Shown piece after piece: positions 1 to 8,094 of a stretch of 64,000 nucleotides of DNA (positions are counted from its first letter, which is position 1; every line of letters begins with the position of its first letter). The position numbers and the translations under genes are program-made. This DNA comes from Acidobacteriota bacterium (GTDB taxonomy: Bacteria; Acidobacteriota; Blastocatellia; Pyrinomonadales; Pyrinomonadaceae): assembly GCA_019639175.1 (NCBI GenBank), contig JAHBSK010000006.1, positions 124,709 through 188,708 of the forward strand. The letters run 5' to 3'. A model generated the notes under the pieces. The model was not told the DNA's origin and made no database searches. It worked only from the letters and a program-made list of their open reading frames with translations.

Positions 1-246
1 TCCGTTCGACATGCGCCACAGCGACTCAGGGAAGATCGTATTTGCAACAGTCTCGACATTTTGGTACCCACAATTTTTCAAAGCCGCATCGAGAGCTCTG
101 CGAATTTCCAGATTTTCCAGTGAGCCATCTGCATCATTTCGGATATTGAGAACCAGCGGTGAAATCTCATTGCCGGTCGTGTCGTACGCTTTTACGAACG
201 CCTTGCTCCATGCGAGCGAAAGGTTCGGTTCATCAACAGTAAACAT
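1..246 (-). CDS. hypothetical protein, first 82 codons only (runs off the left edge)
   Basis: Not in the supplied ORF track. The reverse complement of 1-246 reads ATG(246-244) MFTVDEPNLSLAWSKAFVKAYDTTGNEISPLVLNIRNDADGSLENLEIRRALDAALKNCGYQNVETVANTIFPESLWRMSNG with no stop. The ATG lies 1 nt after the TAA (250-248) of the ImmA-like gene, so it looks operonic. No family recognised. Confidence 0.45.
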   Translation of the reverse strand, partial: MFTVDEPNLSLAWSKAFVKAYDTTGNEISPLVLNIRNDADGSLENLEIRRALDAALKNCGYQNVETVANTIFPESLWRMSNG

Positions 247-247
247 A

Positions 248-1108
248 TTAATCATCCTCGTCGGCTTCCAGGTGGCGGTACCTTGCCAGTCCCCGAAATT
301 GAAATGGCATAATTCGAACAAAAATCGCCCAGGAGTTATCAGGCGTGCACACGCGGACGACCCCGGGGCGGCTGGCCCTGAAGAGTGTCGGAAGCGACGA
401 ATCTTCCACCGGTAACAACGTATCGTTGGAGGGTAGCGCATCCGGCGGCAGCAGTAACAAAGCGCCAACCTCCACATCTGCGGTAGAAGCGAGCCACTGC
501 CGATCGATTATTGTTAATGTATCGGAGCTCGCCTGCTCCAATATCCCTTCGCGGACTGTTTGCGGAGAGGATCTAAGAAGCGTATTTGCTCGCGTCCGAC
601 TGATTTGACCCAACGAATAGGTCAAATGATTGACCAGGGTCGTGTACCCGACGCCGAAGTTACATGCGACGGTGTACATCTGAGCGGGCGATGCCGATGC
701 CGCGTCCCAGGATCGGGACGCGAATGCCTTTCTCACACCAAGAGCGGGCAGAAGCAAGGAACTAGCAAAGCTGTCCGCAAGAAATTCCTCGGGGGAATTG
801 TAGTTTTCGTCCTCACGGTCCTTTATCAAAAGATCAAGGTTCGAGCCGTGTCCGAAGACGTGATGGCCCAGTTCGTGTCCACATGTGAAATTCCTCCTAG
901 CAAGCGGCCGGAGAGCAGAGAGGACGATTCTCGGCTTTGGCTCCCTCACGTAGACACCTTCCATATTGACGTCCACGAATTTCACAGAAATGCCCAACTC
1001 CTGGCATACATCGTACGGACAGACAGGGCTGACAAGACCCGCCTTGGCTCGACTGCGGACTTTCAGAGCTGCGGTTAATGCCTGAGCCGCTAGATTTTTG
1101 TAATTCAT
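248..1108 (-). CDS. ImmA/IrrE-family zinc metallopeptidase with ~130-aa C-terminal extension
   Basis: 286-aa ORF with HEXXH motif (HELGHHVFGH) and following EEFLADSFASSLLLP segment, typical of ImmA/IrrE peptidases. It lies 17 nt downstream of an XRE repressor gene, the classic ImmR/ImmA arrangement. Confidence 0.8.
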   Translation of the reverse strand: MNYKNLAAQALTAALKVRSRAKAGLVSPVCPYDVCQELGISVKFVDVNMEGVYVREPKPRIVLSALRPLARRNFTCGHELGHHVFGHGSNLDLLIKDREDENYNSPEEFLADSFASSLLLPALGVRKAFASRSWDAASASPAQMYTVACNFGVGYTTLVNHLTYSLGQISRTRANTLLRSSPQTVREGILEQASSDTLTIIDRQWLASTADVEVGALLLLPPDALPSNDTLLPVEDSSLPTLFRASRPGVVRVCTPDNSWAIFVRIMPFQFRGLARYRHLEADEDD

Positions 1109-1125
1109 TCTCAGATCAGTTCTCC

Positions 1126-1452
1126 CTATTCGCGAATCGACGCCAGCAATGTGAGGAGGCGATCAAGATCATCTTTCTTGAGTTTCTTTAATTCTCTCGC
1201 CGCCAACTGCAGTTTTGTATCATGCAGATCGACCTTGTCTTCTCCTTCACCGAGCAGCCAATTGGCTTCAACATCAAATATCTCCGCAAGCTGGGCAACC
1301 TCCTCGGCTGTCACCTTTCGATTTCCGGCCTCAATCTCAGAGACGGCAGGGCGCTGAACCCCCAGGATCGTCGCCACCTGCGATTGAGAAAGACCGGCCA
1401 TCTTCCTGGCTTCTCGGATGCGGCCTGCAATGATTTCACGCTTCTTTTCCAT
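1126..1452 (-). CDS. XRE-family helix-turn-helix transcriptional regulator (ImmR-like)
   Basis: 108 aa. HTH_3-type segment IREARKMAGLSQSQVATILGVQRPAVSEIEAGNRKVTAEEVAQLAEIF. Only 2 nt separate it from the upstream ORF. Confidence 0.85.
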   Translation of the reverse strand: MEKKREIIAGRIREARKMAGLSQSQVATILGVQRPAVSEIEAGNRKVTAEEVAQLAEIFDVEANWLLGEGEDKVDLHDTKLQLAARELKKLKKDDLDRLLTLLASIRE

Positions 1453-1454
1453 TC

Positions 1455-1751
1455 TTATTTCTTGCCCCCTTTTTTCTCCAAATTGCGGACAATTCTCTCT
1501 GCAATTTCCCCAACTCGTAGGAGAGACTTACCATCTTCCGAAGTAAAAATATTCACATTGTCCGGAATTGAGTCCTCGATCTCTTCACCAATCAGCATGT
1601 TAGCGACAACCCATATCTGGCTATCGAATTCGGTAAGCTCTTTGCCGGGACATGAGTCGGTTGTGATCTCCACCTTCTGATACTCACCAGCCTCTTGAAT
1701 CTGGTTTAGAACATCGATTATTTTTTTCTCTATGCTTGCCTTGTCGATCAT
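1455..1751 (-). CDS. small acidic protein, possibly carrier-protein (ACP)-like
   Basis: 98 aa, first gene of the module, with GAGGTGA 5 nt upstream of the ATG. By eye, IEKKIIDVLNQIQ...ELTEFDSQIWVVANMLIGEEIEDSIPDN aligns with E. coli AcpP IEERVKKIIGEQL...[27 protein letters not shown], including a DS dipeptide at the phosphopantetheine position. Weak, unverified similarity. Confidence 0.5.
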   Translation of the reverse strand: MIDKASIEKKIIDVLNQIQEAGEYQKVEITTDSCPGKELTEFDSQIWVVANMLIGEEIEDSIPDNVNIFTSEDGKSLLRVGEIAERIVRNLEKKGGKK

Positions 1752-1776
1752 TTACTCACCTCGGATCTGTTGGTTA

Positions 1777-1795
1777 ATCTTACCATAGGTAAGAT
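1777..1795. promoter_or_regulatory. perfect 8-bp inverted repeat (ATCTTACC-ata-GGTAAGAT) in the divergent promoter region
   Basis: Seen directly in the 147-bp gap between the minus-strand module (start 1751) and abiEi (start 1899). A degenerate second copy lies at about 1862-1884 (AAGTACC...GGTATCTT). Confidence 0.35.
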
Positions 1796-1898
1796 AATAT
1801 TACAGAAATTTCTTCCAGTCAAGAGCCAATTATCCCGATGCTACAGTAATTCTTTGCGAAAAGTACCGAAAAGTGGTATCTTGTGCAAAGGATTACTT

Positions 1899-2720
1899 AT
1901 GAGATCCCAAAACTCACAACCTAGGGTCGAGGAGTGGATAAATAGGCAAATCGCTTATGGCAGAAATGCATTCTCTCTCGATAGAGCTGAGAAAGAATTA
2001 CCCCAGTATTCCGAAACGGCGATCAAACGATCTCTTAATCGACTATCACGAAAGGGTAAGATAGTATCAGCGCACAAGGGATACTATGTTATTGTCACCC
2101 CGCAATATTCCTCACGCGGGATACTTCCGCCGGCACTATTCATTGACGGATTAATGCGTTTCTTGGAGCGGTCTTATTACATAGGGCTCCTGAACGCTGC
2201 TGCATTCTACGGAGCGGCACACCAGGTGCCTCAAGAGTTCTTTGTTTTCACGAGTTCACCACCAATGAGACCGACCGTGAAGAAGGGAATAAAGGTAAAT
2301 TACATAACTAGAAAAGAGATTCCGGAGAACCTTCTCGAAGAACGAAAGACCGAAACAGGAACCATCAAAATTTCCTCGCCGGAACTTACGGCAGCAGATC
2401 TGCTACAGCATATGAAGCGCGTCGGAGGTCTGAACCGCGTGGTCGAAGTGCTTTCGGAACTCACCGATGCTGTCCGCATCGAGAAATTGGATAAGGAGTT
2501 TGTTCAGTTCGTTCCGACCGCCGTGGTTCAGCGGCTTGGTTATCTTTTTGAAAAAGCAATCGGAGCAGAGGCCCTCGCGGACGAACTCTTCAAATCTGCG
2601 GAATTAACTGGAGGGAAGTTTTTTCCGGTCCCGTTAAACCCGACCGGAAAGAAACGCGGATTTCCCATCGAAACAAGATGGAACATTATTGTCAACGAAT
2701 TGATAGATAGCAAGCAGTGA
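1899..2720 (+). CDS. abiEi: AbiEi-family type IV toxin-antitoxin antitoxin (transcriptional regulator)
   Basis: The ORF track starts at 1770, but I prefer ATG 1899 (MRSQNSQPRVEEW...). N-terminal winged-helix segment AIKRSLNRLSRKGKIVSAHKGYYVIV. Its stop overlaps the GTG start of the downstream nucleotidyltransferase toxin (GTGA, 2717-2720). Confidence 0.8.
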   Translation: MRSQNSQPRVEEWINRQIAYGRNAFSLDRAEKELPQYSETAIKRSLNRLSRKGKIVSAHKGYYVIVTPQYSSRGILPPALFIDGLMRFLERSYYIGLLNAAAFYGAAHQVPQEFFVFTSSPPMRPTVKKGIKVNYITRKEIPENLLEERKTETGTIKISSPELTAADLLQHMKRVGGLNRVVEVLSELTDAVRIEKLDKEFVQFVPTAVVQRLGYLFEKAIGAEALADELFKSAELTGGKFFPVPLNPTGKKRGFPIETRWNIIVNELIDSKQ

Positions 2721-3505
2721 TACCCAGCGCGTATATCACACAATGGGCAAACTTTGTCCCATGGCAGACGAATGAACAGGTCGAGCAGGACTTGGTGATC
2801 TCACGCGCCCTGGTGGAAATATTTTCGGATGAATTTCTACGCGAGCGATTGGCTTTTCGCGGAGGTACTGCACTCCACAAACTTTACTTGGATCCGCAGT
2901 CCAGATATTCCGAAGATATCGATCTTGTTCAAATCAAGCCTGAACCGATCAAAGAAACACTCTCCCGACTCCAAAGCCGGCTTGAATTCCTCGGACTAGC
3001 ATCCGTTATACAGAAGCGAGATAACAATACCCTAAAATTTCGGTTCGAGTCGGAGATCCCGCCAGTCCAGCCGTTGCGCCTGAAGGTTGAAATAAACTGT
3101 CGCGAACATTTTAACGTGATGGGCTTACGGGAGTTTCCGTTTTCAATGGACTCAGACTGGTATAGTGGGGATGTAGATATTCTCACATACGAGATCGAAG
3201 AGCTTCTCGGAACTAAACTCAGAGCATTGTATCAGCGGCGGAAAGGAAGGGACCTCTACGATCTTTATAGGGCGTACCATAAGACAAATCCCGACTCGGA
3301 AACGATTGTTGAGATCTATCGAAAGTACATTGCTTTTTCTGTCAACAAACCGCCGACGCAAAGACAATTTCTCCAGAACCTTGAAAGCAAAATGCAGGAC
3401 GCTGAGTTCCTAGGTGACACTCAAGCGCTTTTGAGACCTACTGGCCTGTACGATGCTCAAGCCGCGTTTGATCTCGTAAAAGATGAACTGGTGTCAAAGA
3501 TTTGA
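2717..3505 (+). CDS. abiEii: AbiEii/AbiGii-family nucleotidyltransferase toxin (DUF1814)
   Basis: 262 aa. Signature LAFRGGTALHKLYL...RYSEDIDLV of AbiEii nucleotidyltransferases. Translationally coupled to abiEi. Confidence 0.85.
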   Translation: MIPSAYITQWANFVPWQTNEQVEQDLVISRALVEIFSDEFLRERLAFRGGTALHKLYLDPQSRYSEDIDLVQIKPEPIKETLSRLQSRLEFLGLASVIQKRDNNTLKFRFESEIPPVQPLRLKVEINCREHFNVMGLREFPFSMDSDWYSGDVDILTYEIEELLGTKLRALYQRRKGRDLYDLYRAYHKTNPDSETIVEIYRKYIAFSVNKPPTQRQFLQNLESKMQDAEFLGDTQALLRPTGLYDAQAAFDLVKDELVSKI

Positions 3506-3749
3506 TTCAGATACTATTGTAAAACTTGTTCCGAGCTGTTGATTGTAAGCACTGATTCGGATATTATGCGGTTCTGTAAGAAAGGCGTCTTACTCATTGA
3601 TTGACAATCCGGTTGGGTGAACAGTTGGTTACAGGGTTGGTTACAGCTTTCCGAATCGAGGTGTCTCGAAGAGGATCCGACCGAGAGTGTAAAGTATTGA
3701 TTCTAAGACGTTTTGTGTGAATTTGAGAACGTATGATCAGTACTCCGGA

Positions 3750-3798
3750 TCGCTTGGGGTGCGAGAGGTCGTGAGTTCAAATCTCGCCGTCCCGACCA
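3750..3798 (+). tRNA. truncated tRNA-Pro(GGG), 3' 49 nt only (att-site-like remnant, not a functional gene)
   Basis: The segment reads TCGC-TTGGGGT-GCGAG (anticodon arm, GGG) AGGTC (variable) GTGAG-TTCAAAT-CTCGC (T arm) CGTCCCG-A-CCA (3' acceptor, discriminator, CCA). The complementary 5' acceptor strand CGGGACG and a D arm are absent from the ~150 nt upstream. C1-G72/A73 is the known tRNA-Pro identity pattern. Confidence 0.6.
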
Positions 3799-4251
3799 AT
3801 AAATATGGGGCTTTCAGCTATTGTTGGAGGCTCCTTTTTTGTGACTTGGCGGCGGATCTTATTTTTTATACCTATTTCTGTTCAAGGCTCTCAACAATTG
3901 ATCGTTAAATCTTCTTATTTCTTTGAGTTCACAGGGGCATTACTTGCCACGGACTATTTGCTATTATTCGTTTAATGCAATTAGAGGGACATAGAAAAAA
4001 GACCACAGATGATAGAAAAGATTACAGACGAATGTAGAAAAAGATCATTCAAATAAGATCAGCGAATAAGATCAGCGAAGAGGGTTTTGATCTTGACGTG
4101 TGCAGGTGTTTCGGCGGAAAGGGGAGTGTTGGTGTTTTGGGGCGATGGGCAGGCGGCGGGGTTCGATCCGGTATCTGGTGATGCACAAACGGAATTATCT
4201 GAAAGCATTTTGAAGCGAATGTGCGAAAATACATTTAGATCAAATTAAAGT

Positions 4252-6426
4252 ATGGAAAGCGTGCCGGTGGAAAGAGCACGAGAGATATTGAAGCACCGCT
4301 TCGGGTACGATTCGTTTCGGATGAATCAGGAAGCGGCGATCTCGACCGTCTTGGCAGGACGTGATTGCGTTGTGCTGATGCCGACAGGCGGCGGGAAATC
4401 GCTGTGCTATCAAATTCCGGCGCTGATCTTCGACGGGCTGACCGTCGTGATATCACCTTTGATAGCTCTGATGAAAGATCAGGTCGATGCCTTGCGGGCG
4501 AACGGTGTCGAGGCGGCGTTTTTAAATTCCACTCAGACAGCAGCAGAGCAGGTTCAGGTCTTTAAGAGCATCCGCAGCGGCGAACTGAAATTGCTTTACG
4601 TCGCGCCGGAAAGATTGCTGCAAAGCGGAGACAGGTTCATCGAATTTTTGCGAGAGATAAAGATTTCGCTTTTCGCCATTGACGAGGCTCACTGCATATC
4701 CAGTTGGGGGCATGATTTTCGCCCCGAATATATTCAGTTGGGAAAGCTGAAAACCGAGTTCCCGCAAGTGCCGGTCATAGCGCTGACCGCGACTGCCGAT
4801 AAACATGTCCGCCAGGATATCGTCGAGCGTCTGAATATCGCAGATGCAGAGCTTTTCATTTCGAGCTTTAATCGTCCAAACATCTTCTACGCGGTCGAGC
4901 CGAAGAAACGTTCATTCGGCAAACTGCTGGATCTTCTTGAAGAACGAAAGGATGAAAGCGGCATCATCTACTGCCTGAGCCGTGCATCGACAGATTCGCT
5001 CGCGGCTGATCTGCGCGATGAAGGCTACAGTGCACTTGCCTATCACGCCGGACACGACAAGGTCACGCGAGACAAAAATCAAACTGCATTTTTGAATGAC
5101 GAAGCAAAGATCATCGTGGCAACGATCGCGTTCGGAATGGGTATCGATAAATCGAACGTGCGGTTCGTCGTACACATGGATCTGCCTAAGAATGTCGAGA
5201 GCTATTATCAGGAAACCGGACGTGCCGGACGCGACGGTTTACAGAGCAATGCATTGCTCTTTTTTTCGTGGGGCGATGTGCAGAAGCTGAAGAATTTCGC
5301 GGCGGTCGAAGGCAATTCACAGCAGACCGCGATCATGCTGAGCAAGCTGGACACAATGGCGAAGTACGGCGAGATAAGAACCTGCCGCCGAAAATTTCTG
5401 CTTGGATATTTTGGCGAAGATCATACAGGCCGCTGCGGGCATTGCGACAACTGCACGACAAAGTTCGAGTTTTTTGACGGCACTGCCATCGCACAGAAAG
5501 CCTTAAGCGCGGTCTATAGGACCGATCAAAGATTTGGGATGAATTACATCATCGACTTCCTTCGCGGTTCTCAGGCGAAGACGATCCGTGAAGAGCACAA
5601 ACAGCTTAAGACCTACGGCGTCGGGTCAGACATTTCGCGTGAGGCGTGGTTCGATCATATAAAGGAACTGATCGACCAGGGTTTTCTCAAAAAATCAGAC
5701 GGGGAGTATCCTGTGCTGCAGTTGACGGGATCGAGCATGGACGTTCTGCGTGGCAAAACGCCTGTTGAGCTTGTGAAAGAAAAGGTTGCCGAAAAGAAAC
5801 GCGGCCTTGTCGGAGAATCTGCTCCGCCTTATATTCAGGAGCTTTTCGACGATCTTAGCAGGTCGCGAACGGAATTTGCGAAGCGTGAGAATGTTCCGCC
5901 GTATGTCGTATTTTCCGACGCGACGCTGATCGAGATGGCGTCGTATCTGCCGCAGGACGAAGGGGAATTCAGACGCATTTCAGGCGTCGGCGATCTGAAA
6001 TTCGAGAAATACGGCGGCGAGTTTCTGCGTGTGGTTCGTGAGTATTGCGGTGAGCGCGATCTCGATTCACGCATCTCGCTCAAGCGGCGGGCGAGAAAAA
6101 AGACTTCGCAAAAACGCGATACTTCGGGACGCAGCACATATCAGATCTCATTCGATATGTTTCGCGGCGGAATGTCGATCTCCGACATCGCTTCGGCTCG
6201 TGATCTCGGTATTTCCACTATCGAAAGCCACCTCTCTCGATCTATCGCCAGCGGCGAACTGGCTCTCGGTGAACTTGTTCCGATAGAAAAAATTGCCGCG
6301 ATACAAAAGGCCGTTGAGGAATGCGACAACGAAGAAGGCCGGCTCTCACCGATAAAAGAAATGCTTGGCGACGATTATACCTACGGCGAGATCAGGGCTG
6401 TGATGGCCTCGATGAAGCAGCCATGA
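4252..6426 (+). CDS. recQ: ATP-dependent DNA helicase RecQ
   Basis: 724 aa. [14 protein letters not shown], Walker [14 protein letters not shown] box ([16 protein letters not shown]), Zn-binding cysteines ([12 protein letters not shown]...CGHCDNC), an HRDC-like segment and a C-terminal HTH-like tail. Confidence 0.95.
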   Translation: MESVPVERAREILKHRFGYDSFRMNQEAAISTVLAGRDCVVLMPTGGGKSLCYQIPALIFDGLTVVISPLIALMKDQVDALRANGVEAAFLNSTQTAAEQVQVFKSIRSGELKLLYVAPERLLQSGDRFIEFLREIKISLFAIDEAHCISSWGHDFRPEYIQLGKLKTEFPQVPVIALTATADKHVRQDIVERLNIADAELFISSFNRPNIFYAVEPKKRSFGKLLDLLEERKDESGIIYCLSRASTDSLAADLRDEGYSALAYHAGHDKVTRDKNQTAFLNDEAKIIVATIAFGMGIDKSNVRFVVHMDLPKNVESYYQETGRAGRDGLQSNALLFFSWGDVQKLKNFAAVEGNSQQTAIMLSKLDTMAKYGEIRTCRRKFLLGYFGEDHTGRCGHCDNCTTKFEFFDGTAIAQKALSAVYRTDQRFGMNYIIDFLRGSQAKTIREEHKQLKTYGVGSDISREAWFDHIKELIDQGFLKKSDGEYPVLQLTGSSMDVLRGKTPVELVKEKVAEKKRGLVGESAPPYIQELFDDLSRSRTEFAKRENVPPYVVFSDATLIEMASYLPQDEGEFRRISGVGDLKFEKYGGEFLRVVREYCGERDLDSRISLKRRARKKTSQKRDTSGRSTYQISFDMFRGGMSISDIASARDLGISTIESHLSRSIASGELALGELVPIEKIAAIQKAVEECDNEEGRLSPIKEMLGDDYTYGEIRAVMASMKQP

Positions 6427-6495
6427 CCCAATATTTTTCCGTGACATTATGAAGTCAAGAATTTCCCTTTTTTTGGCAATGTTCTGTCATGAGCA

Positions 6496-7328
6496 TTGAA
6501 TCTCGCCATATCGGTCTTTTTGCAATCACGTCACGATCATGGTCATTCACATGAACACTCGCACGGCCACGATCACGTTCAATCCCATGACCACGAGCAT
6601 TCTCATCATCACGAACACGGTGTCGGTGCGGCTGCCGTGGCAACGGCCAAAGCACATGACCGCACTATCGAGTTGGAAAAGGAAATACTCGGCAAAAACC
6701 AGCTAATCGCCGAACGGAACCGCGGGTGGCTTGCAGCAAAAAATATTCTCGCCTTAAATCTCGTCAGTTCGCCCGGTTCAGGCAAAACGACGCTGCTTGA
6801 ACGTACTATAAACGACCTGAAAAATGAATACAGCATAGCCGTGATCGAGGGCGATCAGGAAACGATCCATGATGCTGAACGCATACGCTCGACCGGCGTA
6901 AAAGCTGTCCAGATAAATACCGGAACGGGCTGTCATCTTGAAGCCGAGATGCTCGAACGCGGGTTGCGTCGCTCGATCCGGCGGACAATTCGCTGCTGTT
7001 TATAGAAAACGTCGGCAATCTGGTTTGCCCTGCACTCTTCGATCTTGGCGAACGGGCCAAAGTCGCAATTCTTTCCGTCACCGAAGGCGAAGACAAACCG
7101 CTGAAATATCCGCACATGTTCAGGGCCAGTGAGATCATGCTGCTGAACAAGACCGACCTGCTGCCTTATCTGAAATTTGATGTTGAAAAATGCATCGCCT
7201 ACGCAAAAGAAGTGAACCCGGAGATCGAGGTCTTTCAGGTCTCAGCCGCAACCGGTGAAGGGCTGGACAAATGGTACGACTGGCTCAAATCTGCATCATC
7301 AAACCCGCATTCTGCAAAAGTTTGGTGA
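6496..7328 (+). pseudogene. hypB: hydrogenase nickel-incorporation GTPase HypB, interrupted by a 1-nt frameshift near 6970-6974
   Basis: The frame of 6496-7005 encodes a His-rich N-terminus, the P-loop SSPGSGKTT and ...[19 protein letters not shown]. The homology continues in the next frame from about 6972 ([74 protein letters not shown]...) to the stop at 7328. The spacing matches E. coli HypB if one base is restored after CGT CGC. Confidence 0.8.
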
Positions 7329-7755
7329 ACGAGGCCGTCAAGTGTTTAGGACAGAAAACTCTCTTAAATATGCTTTCTGGTTTATTTAGTTTATATTCCC
7401 ACAGCACGGCTGCTAAAAAAACTAAAGGAGAACTGAGACTTTTTTATGTCCATCAAAACTTGACCAACTCACTCGGTCTTACAAAAATGAATTGGAACTC
7501 CATTCGGTTCGATGGCAAATGTCCTGTTACATTGCTCTGTTCTCGAAAAGTTGGTGAAATAATGAAGTATCTTCCAGAAGATTTCGAACCAAAGCCCGAT
7601 GTTATCAGCTATGGATACTATATGTAGTCTTTGAAGTAGTCTCTGAAAGCTATATGGTGTGAAATAATTGTTGGCATGCCGGACGACTCATTCTTTCCTT
7701 ATGACAGGGAATATATAAAGCATAGAATTTCACCCTTTACATCTCATAACGGCTA

Positions 7756-7778
7756 ATATACTATACACTATAGAATAT
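7756..7778. promoter_or_regulatory. 10-bp-arm inverted repeat (ATATACTATA-cac-TATAGAATAT) abutting the hipB start codon
   Basis: Seen directly, with one mismatch between arms. It contains TATACT and TAGAAT -10-like hexamers. No Shine-Dalgarno element lies between it and ATG 7780. Confidence 0.3.
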
Positions 7779-7779
7779 T

Positions 7780-8094
7780 ATGGGGGATAGGATAATTCCA
7801 ATTTCTGTGCAAAAAGCTCTGCGGAAGTTGGGGGAGGACGTTCGTGATGGGCGGCGGCGGCGGCGGATACCTGTGGCTTTGATGGCGGAGCGGGCGGGCA
7901 TATCACGTGCGACGCTGGGGAAGATCGAGAAAGGTGATCCTTCGGTTTCGCTTGGGAACTATGCGATGGTTTTGTTTGTGCTGGGATTAACGGATCGTTT
8001 GAGCGATCTTGCGGATGCTTCGTTCGACCCGGTCGGGCGAATGCTGGAGGAAGAAAATCTGCCAAGGCGTATTCGCTTATCAAAGAAAAAATGA
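7780..8094 (+). CDS. hipB: HipB-like XRE-family antitoxin
   Basis: 104 aa with HTH segment ALMAERAGISRATLGKIEKGDPSVSLGNYAMVLFVLG. ATGA overlap (8091-8094) with the hipA start. Confidence 0.75.
   Translation: MGDRIIPISVQKALRKLGEDVRDGRRRRRIPVALMAERAGISRATLGKIEKGDPSVSLGNYAMVLFVLGLTDRLSDLADASFDPVGRMLEEENLPRRIRLSKKK

Noticed and set aside
3717-3908. 63-aa plus-strand ORF
   Set aside because: It runs straight through the tRNA-Pro fragment and the downstream non-coding flank, has no RBS and has low-complexity content. Spurious.
4160-4185. GGTTCGATCC T-loop-like motif suggesting another tRNA remnant
   Set aside because: The flanking bases cannot form a T stem (GCGGG versus CCGGT and similar attempts fail). 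No acceptor or anticodon arm is present. Most likely a chance match.
6520-6620. CAC/CAT/GAC-rich quasi-repeat DNA
   Set aside because: It encodes the His-rich metal-binding N-terminus normal for HypB proteins. It is not an independent repeat element.
7271-7627. 118-aa ORF and nested mini-ORFs (for example MKYLPEDFEPKPDVISYGYYM, and MSIKT after an AAAGGAGAA element)
   Set aside because: The long ORF overlaps the hypB 3' end in another frame and has an AT-rich, Leu/Ser/Lys-biased composition. The mini-ORFs have no supporting context such as modification enzymes or conservation. I treat the region as non-coding unless expression data say otherwise.
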